Positions 34,024-41,303 of a stretch of DNA of 41,303 bases are shown one piece after another. Position numbers and translations under genes: made by a program. The number at the start of each line of letters is the position of its first letter. Positions within the stretch are counted from its first letter, which is position 1. The notes under the pieces were generated by a model. It made no database searches. It had not been told where the DNA came from and saw only the letters and a list, made by a program, of their open reading frames with translations. This stretch comes from Acidimicrobiia bacterium (GTDB taxonomy: Bacteria > Actinomycetota > Acidimicrobiia > Spongiisociales > UBA5794): positions 1 through 41,303 of the forward strand of contig JBFISZ010000002.1 of NCBI GenBank assembly GCA_041608315.1, in the 5' to 3' direction.

Positions 34024-36094
34024 GCTCAGCGGTGAATAGCCCGGATCGCTCGAGCCTCACGGTCACATCGCCCCCCTCGGTATGAAGGACGCGGGTCGTC
34101 GCCTTGTCCAGAACATCCACGACCCGGGACGACGGGTGGCCGTAGCTGTTCTCGCCGTAGCTGATTACGGCCAGCGGCCCGACCGTGGCCGCCAACCAGT
34201 CGAGGTCGGTTGTCGCCGACCCATGGTGCGGAACGAGCAGTACATCGGGGTGAAGGCTCGGCAACTCGAGCTGCGCGACCCGTTCTATGTCGCCGGTGAG
34301 CAGCAGCGTATGCCCGTTGGCCTCGGCCCAGACGACCACCGAGCCGTCGTTGTCGGCGGCAAAACGCCTCCCGGGGCCCAGCACCTCGAGATGGAACATC
34401 CCTATCGTCGCGGTGGTGCCGGCCGCGACGGGTGCCGCTGGAGTATCGAGCTCGCCGAGGAGGTCGGCCCACGGCTCCGGCGCAGAGAACTGCGGATACC
34501 AGATGCGATCTACCGAGACTCGACCCGGCAACGCGGCAAGGCCGCCGATGTGGTCATTGTCACTGTGGGTGAGGATCAACAGATCGATGTGACCAACTCC
34601 ATGACGCCGCAACGCCGCCCGATAAGCCACCGGGTCGGGGCCGGTATCGACGGCAACCACCTGGCCCTGCGGCGACCGCAGCAGGACGGCGTCGCCCTGC
34701 CCGATGTCGAGGAAAGTGGCAGCGGGCACCGGCGGCGCCCCCGGCGTGATCGACGAGGCGATTACGGCCGCTGCCGCCACGCCGATCCCGACCGAGGCCC
34801 GCCAGCGCAACACGACCAGAAACCCAAGCAGACCGAGCACCCCCATCAGGCCGACCTGGGGCAGCTGCGCCGCCCAGTCGGCCAATCGCAGCACGAGATG
34901 GGCCGTCATCTCGGCCCCCCGATCGAGACCGGGTGCCCCGGTGAAAACACGGCCCCACCCGGCTGCGGTGCCCAACGCCACCAGCGGCGCCGCGATCACG
35001 TTGGCGAGCGCCGAGAACGCCGGCACCGATCCGAAATGCCACAAGAGCAGCGGCGTGACGGCCAGTTGGGCCGCGACGGTGGCTCCGAGCGAGCGCCACA
35101 CCGGAGCCGGCCGCCGCAGACTCCAGACGTGAGAGCCGAGCAGGAGCCCGGCCGTGGCGAGGGCCGAGAGCTGAAACCCGACATCGAAGATGAGTTGCGG
35201 GGCGGTCAGCAGCAGCAGGGTGGCGGCACCACCGAACGCCGTCCAGGCGTCCACCGGCACCCCGGCCACGCGGCCGGCGAGCAGCAACGCCACCATCACG
35301 CCGGCGCGCAACACCGAAGGCTCCCACCGCGTGACGAGAACGAACAAGCCGACGCCGACCAGGCCCACGCCGGCTCGGACGCGGGGCCCCATCGGGATCA
35401 GGCCGAGGAGAAGCCACACGCCGCCGAGGAAGATGGCGACGTTTCCGCCCGATACTGCGACGAAGTGCAACAGACCGGTCCGCCGCATGTCCTCGAGCTC
35501 GGTGGCCCCGATGGAGGAAGTGTCCCCTATCAGGAAGCCGCGCATGAGGGCGCCCGCCTGGTCGGTCGCCGGGAACTCGCCCAGCACGCGCGACCGCATT
35601 GCATTGGCATAGGCGATGGCGCCCCGGGGCATCTCGACGACTTCGAGTCCGCGAGCGGCGACGCGGCCGGCGATCGGCCGCCGGTGGAGGCGGCCCGCCC
35701 GCATCGTGAGCCGGCCGACGACGTGCACCCGGGCCCCGACCATGAGGTCGGGGCGCTCGGCGGTGGTGACCGCTAACGACGCCTCGCCGCCGGCGCCCCC
35801 GCCGATCGGGCGCACCACCAAACTCCATCCCCCGCCGAACGCGCCGGCCGGGGCCGGGTCGCTCTGGGCAATCGCCTCGAACACGACGGTCCCGTTGCTT
35901 TCGGGCGCCACCACCGGGGTGGGGATGGTGCGGGCCGCCGCCCCCACACCGGACGCCGTGGCCAGCAGCAGCAACGCGGCGAGCGTGATCCGCCGCCCGA
36001 CGAAGAGGGCGATCGCGGCAACCGCGGCAGCCGCCACCCCGACGCCCCCGCCGAACCCGAGTGCCGCGCCCAAGGCCGTCACCGCCGCGGCCAC
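34001..36094 (-). CDS. comEC: DNA internalization-related competence protein ComEC/Rec2
   Basis: A polytopic competence domain plus a C-terminal metallo-beta-lactamase fold (FLDIGQGDAVLL, LILTHSDNDHIGG, HHGS). GTG start. Its 3' end overlaps the convergent cfa by 23 nt. Confidence 0.9.
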   Translation of the reverse strand: MAAAVTALGAALGFGGGVGVAAAAVAAIALFVGRRITLAALLLLATASGVGAAARTIPTPVVAPESNGTVVFEAIAQSDPAPAGAFGGGWSLVVRPIGGGAGGEASLAVTTAERPDLMVGARVHVVGRLTMRAGRLHRRPIAGRVAARGLEVVEMPRGAIAYANAMRSRVLGEFPATDQAGALMRGFLIGDTSSIGATELEDMRRTGLLHFVAVSGGNVAIFLGGVWLLLGLIPMGPRVRAGVGLVGVGLFVLVTRWEPSVLRAGVMVALLLAGRVAGVPVDAWTAFGGAATLLLLTAPQLIFDVGFQLSALATAGLLLGSHVWSLRRPAPVWRSLGATVAAQLAVTPLLLWHFGSVPAFSALANVIAAPLVALGTAAGWGRVFTGAPGLDRGAEMTAHLVLRLADWAAQLPQVGLMGVLGLLGFLVVLRWRASVGIGVAAAAVIASSITPGAPPVPAATFLDIGQGDAVLLRSPQGQVVAVDTGPDPVAYRAALRRHGVGHIDLLILTHSDNDHIGGLAALPGRVSVDRIWYPQFSAPEPWADLLGELDTPAAPVAAGTTATIGMFHLEVLGPGRRFAADNDGSVVVWAEANGHTLLLTGDIERVAQLELPSLHPDVLLVPHHGSATTDLDWLAATVGPLAVISYGENSYGHPSSRVVDVLDKATTRVLHTEGGDVTVRLERSGLFTAELRSRRPP

Positions 36095-36132
36095 GCACCC
36101 GGTTCGCCCGGTCCCGCGCGGCCACCGCAGAT

Positions 36133-36645
36133 TCAGGGCACCACCACATGGTCACGGAGCGCCGCCAGCTTGGCCTCGCCGATCCCGGCGACGTCGAGAA
36201 GATCCTCAACGGTCGTGAAACCACCGGCACTGTCCCTGACCGCGATGATGCGCCCCGCCAGCACCGGGCCCACTCCAGGAATCTGCTCCAACGCGGCGGC
36301 GTCGGCAGTGTTGAGCCGCACCCGCCCATCGGCCGCCGGCGGCGCCTCATCGGGCGCGGTCGCGGACGGCACAACGATCTGCTCACCGTCGCGCACGGGA
36401 GCCGCCAGGTTGACGCGTCCCGGGGCCGCGTCGGCGGTCGTTCCTCCGGCGGCGGCGATCACATCGGCAACTCGGGCCGAGCGTGCCACTTCCACCAGGC
36501 CCGGTGACGCCACCGCTCCCGAAACGTGCACGGTGATCCGTCCCGTGTCGGTGGTGACTGCCGGGGCCGGTGGCGCCACGGCGTCCGTCGCCGGCTGCCC
36601 GTAGTACAAGAATGCTGCCGCGGCCAGCGTCGCCGCAACCAGCAC
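36133..36645 (-). CDS. comEA: competence protein ComEA (helix-hairpin-helix DNA-binding)
   Basis: N-terminal anchor LVAATLAAAAFLYY, a SLBB-like middle and tandem HhH motifs (LNTADAAALEQIPGVGPVLAGRII...LLDVAGIGEAKLAAL). Confidence 0.88.
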   Translation of the reverse strand: MLVAATLAAAAFLYYGQPATDAVAPPAPAVTTDTGRITVHVSGAVASPGLVEVARSARVADVIAAAGGTTADAAPGRVNLAAPVRDGEQIVVPSATAPDEAPPAADGRVRLNTADAAALEQIPGVGPVLAGRIIAVRDSAGGFTTVEDLLDVAGIGEAKLAALRDHVVVP

Positions 36646-36757
36646 CGCAGCAACCCGCTGTCTGTTCGAATCGATGGCGCTACCTATCGTCCGCCATCGC
36701 CGGCTCCGCAGTACGAGTTCTAGCCGACGACCCCCGCCGGATCTAGACCCCTGCCGA

Positions 36758-37597
36758 CTAAGACAGGAGGGGCATGAGCACGGCTTCCACCGTTTCGGAG
36801 AGCTCCTGCAACTCGTCGCCGTAGGCCAGGAAGAGCACTGCCAGCCCGTTGGTGCCCATGTGGGCGAAGATCGGCAAGCCGATATTCCCCGCCCGGAGCG
36901 CCAGATAACCGAGGGCCAGCCCGACGAGAAACAGGCCGGGCACCACGAGGATGGCGTTCGGGTCGAGCAGGTGTGTCAGCGCGAAGACGCCACTCGAGAT
37001 GAGAACCGCGCTGCGCCGACCCATCGACTTGACGAGTCGCCCCAGCAGCATGCCCCGATAGACGATCTCCTCGAAGACCGGCGTTACGACTGCCACCAGC
37101 AGGGCGAAGAGGGCGATTTCCCAATTCGTCAGTTCCGCCCCGAGCCGGGCGATTTCCTGTTGCGGGCCGTCGTCTTCGGACAGAAGCTGGACGAGCGGCA
37201 GCGTCAGCAATGCCACTGCCACCTGCAGAACCATGCCGGCGCCGATACCCCACACGTGCCTCGCTTCGATCTTGAAACCGAAGTCGGTCCGCCATGATCT
37301 CGAGCCGCGAAACCGGCTGGCTACGGCGACGGCGACCAGGCTGGCCGCTGCCTGCGCCGCCAGCAGGGCGAGTGGCGAAACGTCTTCGATCGCGCTGCTT
37401 CCGCCTACGACCCCGACGGCGATCAAGGCGAGGAGCGGGCCGACGATGATGCCGAACGCCAGCACCATGGCGATGTGGCCGTAGCTCCAGTTGCTGTGGG
37501 GCAGGTAGGCGTCCCTCCGCGGCCCCCCAGCCGGGGGCCCTTGCGGTGGAGGGAGGTTCGACAGGTCAGGAGCTTCGGGCACCTCGAAGTCGCTCAC
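36758..37597 (-). CDS. CPBP-family (CAAX/Abi) intramembrane glutamic metalloprotease
   Basis: All three CPBP motifs are present: FEEIVYRG (EExxxR), FALTHL (FxxxH) and FAHMGTN (HxxxN). I refined the start to GTG 37597, in a GTGA overlap with the upstream HExxH gene. The Arg/Gly-rich residues 1-157 of track ORF 36758..38068 are not coding. Confidence 0.8.
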   Translation of the reverse strand: MSDFEVPEAPDLSNLPPPQGPPAGGPRRDAYLPHSNWSYGHIAMVLAFGIIVGPLLALIAVGVVGGSSAIEDVSPLALLAAQAAASLVAVAVASRFRGSRSWRTDFGFKIEARHVWGIGAGMVLQVAVALLTLPLVQLLSEDDGPQQEIARLGAELTNWEIALFALLVAVVTPVFEEIVYRGMLLGRLVKSMGRRSAVLISSGVFALTHLLDPNAILVVPGLFLVGLALGYLALRAGNIGLPIFAHMGTNGLAVLFLAYGDELQELSETVEAVLMPLLS

Positions 37598-38025
37598 CGG
37601 GGGCCTTCCATGACGAGGGCGGCCACGCCTCTGGCTTCGATCTCGAGCCGGACCGAGGAATACGCCGCCCAGTGGCCCTTGCGCTGCAGCCGTCCCTGCA
37701 AATAATCGAAGGCGTATTGGGCGACATGGCGAACTGCGCCCAGCCGGCGGAATTGCTCGATGTGGGCCAGCTCGTGGACCAGCAACCGGCCGAGGGCGGA
37801 CGAGTCGGTGGCCGCTTCGTATCGATCCATCATCGTCGGAGTCAAGTACACCGCCCACGGCATGGCGACGGCAGCGATCCCTCGCGCCCACAGGGCCCGG
37901 AACCATCGCGGAGCCACCCGCACCGGCACTTGTGACGGGTCGACTCGCGGCAGCACCCGAGCCAGCCACTCCCGATCGACCCCGGTGGCGGCCAGGCCTT
38001 CGGCTGCTGAGAAGGAGCGTTTCAC
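37594..38025 (-). CDS. small HExxH zinc-metallopeptidase-like protein (DUF4157-like context)
   Basis: 143-aa GTG ORF with balanced composition and the motif GRLLVHELAHIEQFRRLG. It lies in a different frame from the artefactual extension of the CPBP ORF. Confidence 0.6.
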   Translation of the reverse strand: MKRSFSAAEGLAATGVDREWLARVLPRVDPSQVPVRVAPRWFRALWARGIAAVAMPWAVYLTPTMMDRYEAATDSSALGRLLVHELAHIEQFRRLGAVRHVAQYAFDYLQGRLQRKGHWAAYSSVRLEIEARGVAALVMEGPR

Positions 38026-38121
38026 AGCGTGAGGCTAGACAGGCCGTCGGCCAAGGCAGGCCGATCAACCGCAGCCGGTGCGAAGGCTCCTACCATTGTC
38101 GGCTCAATACGGGGTAGAGAG

Positions 38122-40866
38122 ATGGCATACGACCACAAGTCAATCGAGTCCAAGTGGCAGCAGGCCTGGGAAGAACAGGGCCTTTATCGAGCCGAGGTCG
38201 ACTGGTCACGGCCCAAGCATTACGCAGTCACGATGCTCCCCTACCCGTCGGGCGACCTCCACATCGGCCACTGGTATGCCATGACACCGTCCGACGCCCG
38301 GGCCCGGTTCATGCGGATGAAGGGGTACAACGTTCTCTTCCCCATGGGCTTCGACGCCTTCGGCCTGCCCGCCGAGAACGCCGCCGTGCAAAACAACATC
38401 CACCCGTGGCCATGGACCTACGACAACATCGAGCGGATGCGCATCCAGCTGCGGACGATGGGGGCGATGTTCGACTGGGAACGCGAAACGGTGAGCTGCG
38501 ATCCCGAGTACTACCGATGGACCGAGTGGTTCTTCAAGCGAATGTTCGAGGCAGGCATAGCCTATCGGAGCAAAGCCCTGGTCAACTGGTCGGAGACCCT
38601 GCAAACGGTGCTGGCGAACGAGCAGGTCATCGACGGCAAGGACGAGCGCACCGGCCAACCCGTCATACAGAGGATGATGGAGCAGTGGTTCTTCGCCATC
38701 ACTAACTACGCCGACGAGCTCCTCGACTTCGACAGCATCGATTGGCCGGATCCAATCCAAACCATGCAGACCAACTGGATCGGCCGTAGCGAGGGGGCCC
38801 TGGTGACCTTCGAGTCGCCGGCCGGCGAAATCCCGATCTTCACCACCCGCCCCGACACGTTGTGGGGGGCCACGTTCATGGTGCTGGCGCCCGAACACGA
38901 GCTGGTGGCGGGATTGACATCCGACGAGCAGCGCGAGCAAGTGGAGGCCTACGTGGCTGCATCGGCCCGGCGCACCGAGCTGGAACGGATGGAAGAGAGT
39001 CGGGACAAGACCGGAGTCTTCACCGGCGGGTACGCCGTCAACCCGGTCAACGGATCGAACATCCCGGTGTGGATCGCCGACTACGTCCTGATCTCGTACG
39101 GCACCGGCGCAATCATGGCGGTGCCGGCCCACGACCAGCGCGACTTCGAGTTCGCCCGCCATTTCGAGCTTCCGATCGTTCCCGTCATCCACCCTGAGGG
39201 CGCCGCCAAGCTGAGCGAACCCGCCATGGTCGAGTCATATGTCGGTCCGGGAACGATGGTCGATTCCGGACCGATCAGCGGCGTCGCCACAACGATGGCC
39301 AAGGGGCGCCAGAACCCCAGCATCGCGGCCGCCATCGATTGGCTCGAGGAGAACGGAGCCGGCACGGAGTCCGTCAACTTCCGGCTTCGGGACTGGTTGA
39401 TCGGCCGGCAACGCTACTGGGGTTCGCCGATCCCGATCATTCACCGCAGCGACGGCACTATGGAGACAGTTCCCGATTCTGACCTCCCCGTGGTACTGCC
39501 CGAGGACGTCGACTTCGTGCCGACGGGCCGGAGCCCGCTCACTTATCACGAGCCGTTTCTGAACACGGTCGACTCTGCCGGGAATCCGGCCAAGCGGGAG
39601 ACCGACACGCTGGACACATTCATGTGCTCCAACTGGTACTGGTTCCGCTACCTGTCGCCCCACTTCGACACTGCCCCCTTCGACCCGGAGGAAGCCGCCT
39701 ACTGGTTGCCGGTGGACACCTACACCGGCGGCGCCGAGCACGCCGTGATGCACCTGCTGTACGCCCGGTTCTTCGTGAAGGTGATGCGGGACCTGGGGGT
39801 TTTCAAAGACACGATCGCCGCAATGAAGGAGCACGGCCGCTCCCCAGACGGCTTTTTCGATGAACCGTTCCGGCAACTGCGCAACCAGGGCCAGATCCTC
39901 GGTGAGGAACGCAGTGGTGACCGCCTGGCCGCCGACGGCGATTGGGACGGCGACGTGCTGCGCGCCACCTCGGTCCGGGTTGGCGGGGACGTCGCCGGGG
40001 CGGTAGTCGGCGAGCTGATGAATCGCACCGAGCGCATCCTCAAGGTCGCCACCGAGGACGGAACCGTCACCGTGGAAGTGCTCGCCGACGCTCACGTCGA
40101 AATCGCCACCATCCCAGGCGACAACGACATCAACCAGCTCAAGCAGCACCTCCATGTGGAACGCATGTCCAAGTCGCGCGGCAACGTGGTCAATCCCGAC
40201 GAGCTGGTGGAGCAATACGGGGCCGACACCGTGCGCACCTACCTGATGTTCGCCTTCGACTGGCTCAAAGGCGGCCCCTGGGACTCACGGGGCATCGCCG
40301 GCGCCCGGCGCTTTCTCGACGATGTCTGGAAGCTGGGTACGGGCGGTTACGAGCCTAAGGCGGTGAATGAAGACGCCACGACCGAGCTGCGGCGCGCCAC
40401 TCACAAGATGATCCAGAAGGTCGAAGCGGACATGGTCGACTTCAAATGGAACACCGCCGTCGCCGCCATGATGACGCTGCGCAACGACCTCCTGGCGGCC
40501 CGCGGGGACGCCAACGTCTCCGGCGATGCCTGGAATGAGGCGGTAGACACGCTGCTGCTGGTTCTCGCCCCGATCGCACCGCACATCACCGAGGAGGTGT
40601 GGCGCAGCCGGGGCCACGAGACCTCCGTGCACGCCAGCCCGTGGCCGGCCGCCGACCCGGAGCTGGCCCGTGACGAGACGGTGACGATGGTGATCCAGGT
40701 CAACGGCAAAGTGCGAGACCGCATCGAGGTCCCCGCCGATATCACCGCCGAAGACGCCGAGGGCGCCGCCCTCGCCAGCGAACGGATTGCCGAATGGACG
40801 AGCCGCGGTGAGGTGCGCAAGGTCATCGCCCGCCCCCCGAAGCTGGTCAACGTCGTCGTTGCGTAG
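38122..40866 (+). CDS. leuS: leucine--tRNA ligase
   Basis: MAYDHKSIESKWQQAWEEQGLY, the HIGH motif (PSGDLHIGHWY), a CP1 editing domain and the KMSKS variant ERMSKSRGN. ATG 38122 is preceded by GGGGTAGAGAG. Confidence 0.97.
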   Translation: MAYDHKSIESKWQQAWEEQGLYRAEVDWSRPKHYAVTMLPYPSGDLHIGHWYAMTPSDARARFMRMKGYNVLFPMGFDAFGLPAENAAVQNNIHPWPWTYDNIERMRIQLRTMGAMFDWERETVSCDPEYYRWTEWFFKRMFEAGIAYRSKALVNWSETLQTVLANEQVIDGKDERTGQPVIQRMMEQWFFAITNYADELLDFDSIDWPDPIQTMQTNWIGRSEGALVTFESPAGEIPIFTTRPDTLWGATFMVLAPEHELVAGLTSDEQREQVEAYVAASARRTELERMEESRDKTGVFTGGYAVNPVNGSNIPVWIADYVLISYGTGAIMAVPAHDQRDFEFARHFELPIVPVIHPEGAAKLSEPAMVESYVGPGTMVDSGPISGVATTMAKGRQNPSIAAAIDWLEENGAGTESVNFRLRDWLIGRQRYWGSPIPIIHRSDGTMETVPDSDLPVVLPEDVDFVPTGRSPLTYHEPFLNTVDSAGNPAKRETDTLDTFMCSNWYWFRYLSPHFDTAPFDPEEAAYWLPVDTYTGGAEHAVMHLLYARFFVKVMRDLGVFKDTIAAMKEHGRSPDGFFDEPFRQLRNQGQILGEERSGDRLAADGDWDGDVLRATSVRVGGDVAGAVVGELMNRTERILKVATEDGTVTVEVLADAHVEIATIPGDNDINQLKQHLHVERMSKSRGNVVNPDELVEQYGADTVRTYLMFAFDWLKGGPWDSRGIAGARRFLDDVWKLGTGGYEPKAVNEDATTELRRATHKMIQKVEADMVDFKWNTAVAAMMTLRNDLLAARGDANVSGDAWNEAVDTLLLVLAPIAPHITEEVWRSRGHETSVHASPWPAADPELARDETVTMVIQVNGKVRDRIEVPADITAEDAEGAALASERIAEWTSRGEVRKVIARPPKLVNVVVA

Positions 40867-41149
40867 CGGGTGGGCACGCCATGGGGCGGCGCGGTTCTCT
40901 GAGCTCGCGAAAGCAGAGCTAGAGCGCCGAGTGAGTGCCGGATCGGCTCGGAACGGAGTGCGCGATATCGCGCCGGGCGGTGAGTGATCTGTGTGCTGGA
41001 TCATCGCTAGGGCCTGGTTGGCCCAGAAGCTCAAGCTTGGGTCCGACTGGGTCCACGGGGCATATATGTTGGCGATTTGCCAGGCTTGTCGTGTTGCTCA
41101 GTCCCGCCTGGCTTGGGCTCCGCCCGCTCTATTCGAGGATCGCACGCTC

Positions 41150-41302
41150 TCATCGTTGGTTCTGCTCGGCGGCGAGAAGCTTGGTTGTGATGGTGGCGAG
41201 TTGGCGGATCTCGATGTCGTTCAAGATGGAGAAGAGATGCTCCTCGAGGTCGCGGTGATGCCGGGGCTGTGCGGCTTCGAAGGTCGCTATGCCCTGTCGT
41301 GT
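41150..41302 (-). CDS. 3' end of a probable MarR-family regulator (partial, runs off the window)
   Basis: The minus-strand frame reads ..TRQGIATFEAAQPRHHRDLEEHLFSILNDIEIRQLATITTKLLAAEQNQR*. This resembles the wing plus C-terminal dimerisation helix of MarR proteins. Only 50 codons are visible. Confidence 0.35.
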   Translation of the reverse strand, partial: TRQGIATFEAAQPRHHRDLEEHLFSILNDIEIRQLATITTKLLAAEQNQR

Positions 41303-41303
41303 C

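Noticed and set aside
34082-36386. 564-aa plus ORF (34082..35776) and 608-aa minus ORF (34560..36386)
   Set aside because: They are shadow frames of comEC/comEA and are Arg/Gly/Pro-dominated. The comEC frame alone shows the competence and MBL-fold motifs.
36655-36685. Second GTTCGAATC (T-loop-like) word upstream of comEA
   Set aside because: The flanks GTCTG and CGATG are not complementary, so there is no T-stem. It is most likely chance.
37598-38068. N-terminal 157 residues of the 436-aa ORF 36758..38068
   Set aside because: This is Arg/Gly/Ser/Pro-rich junk that overlaps a better ORF in another frame, the HExxH protein. A GTGA-coupled GTG at 37597 gives a normal-length CPBP protein.

Overview
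This is a high-GC bacterial chromosomal segment. Gene order and protein signatures fit Actinomycetota, possibly an Acidimicrobiia-like lineage, but that placement is inference only. I support about 38 tightly packed protein-coding genes, and most are conserved housekeeping genes. They include glyQS, uppS-recO, a translationally coupled phoH-pgpH-ybeY-corC-era operon, and hrcA-dnaJ behind a CIRCE operator. hemW, lepA, rpsT, greA, holA, comEC-comEA and leuS are also present. The rest are a dctQMP TRAP transporter, an EamA exporter, a Cfa-type methyltransferase, a trypsin-like lipoprotein and a few hypotheticals. I saw no rRNA, no intact tRNA, no CRISPR array and no transposase, integrase or phage genes. 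The ORF track prints GTG and TTG starts as M. Many of its long ORFs are antisense or off-frame artefacts of high GC content, rich in Arg, Gly and Pro. Several real genes start downstream of the listed ORF start, and I give refined starts where the sequence supports them. The only clearly accessory stretch is about 4.85-13.24 kb, wedged between recO and era. It holds a pterin dehydratase, a GNAT-first Pat-type acetyltransferase, a membrane protein, a LuxR-tail remnant and an MDR oxidoreductase. It also holds the most unusual object in the window, a roughly 975-aa single polypeptide. That protein reads ECF sigma factor, then zinc-finger (HxxxCxxC) anti-sigma domain, then TM helix, then S/T/P linker, then five tandem cadherin/Ig-like modules. 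I rate it the best candidate for a poorly described signalling device. I do not see a multi-gene novel system such as a defence island, and most of the window is ordinary core genome.
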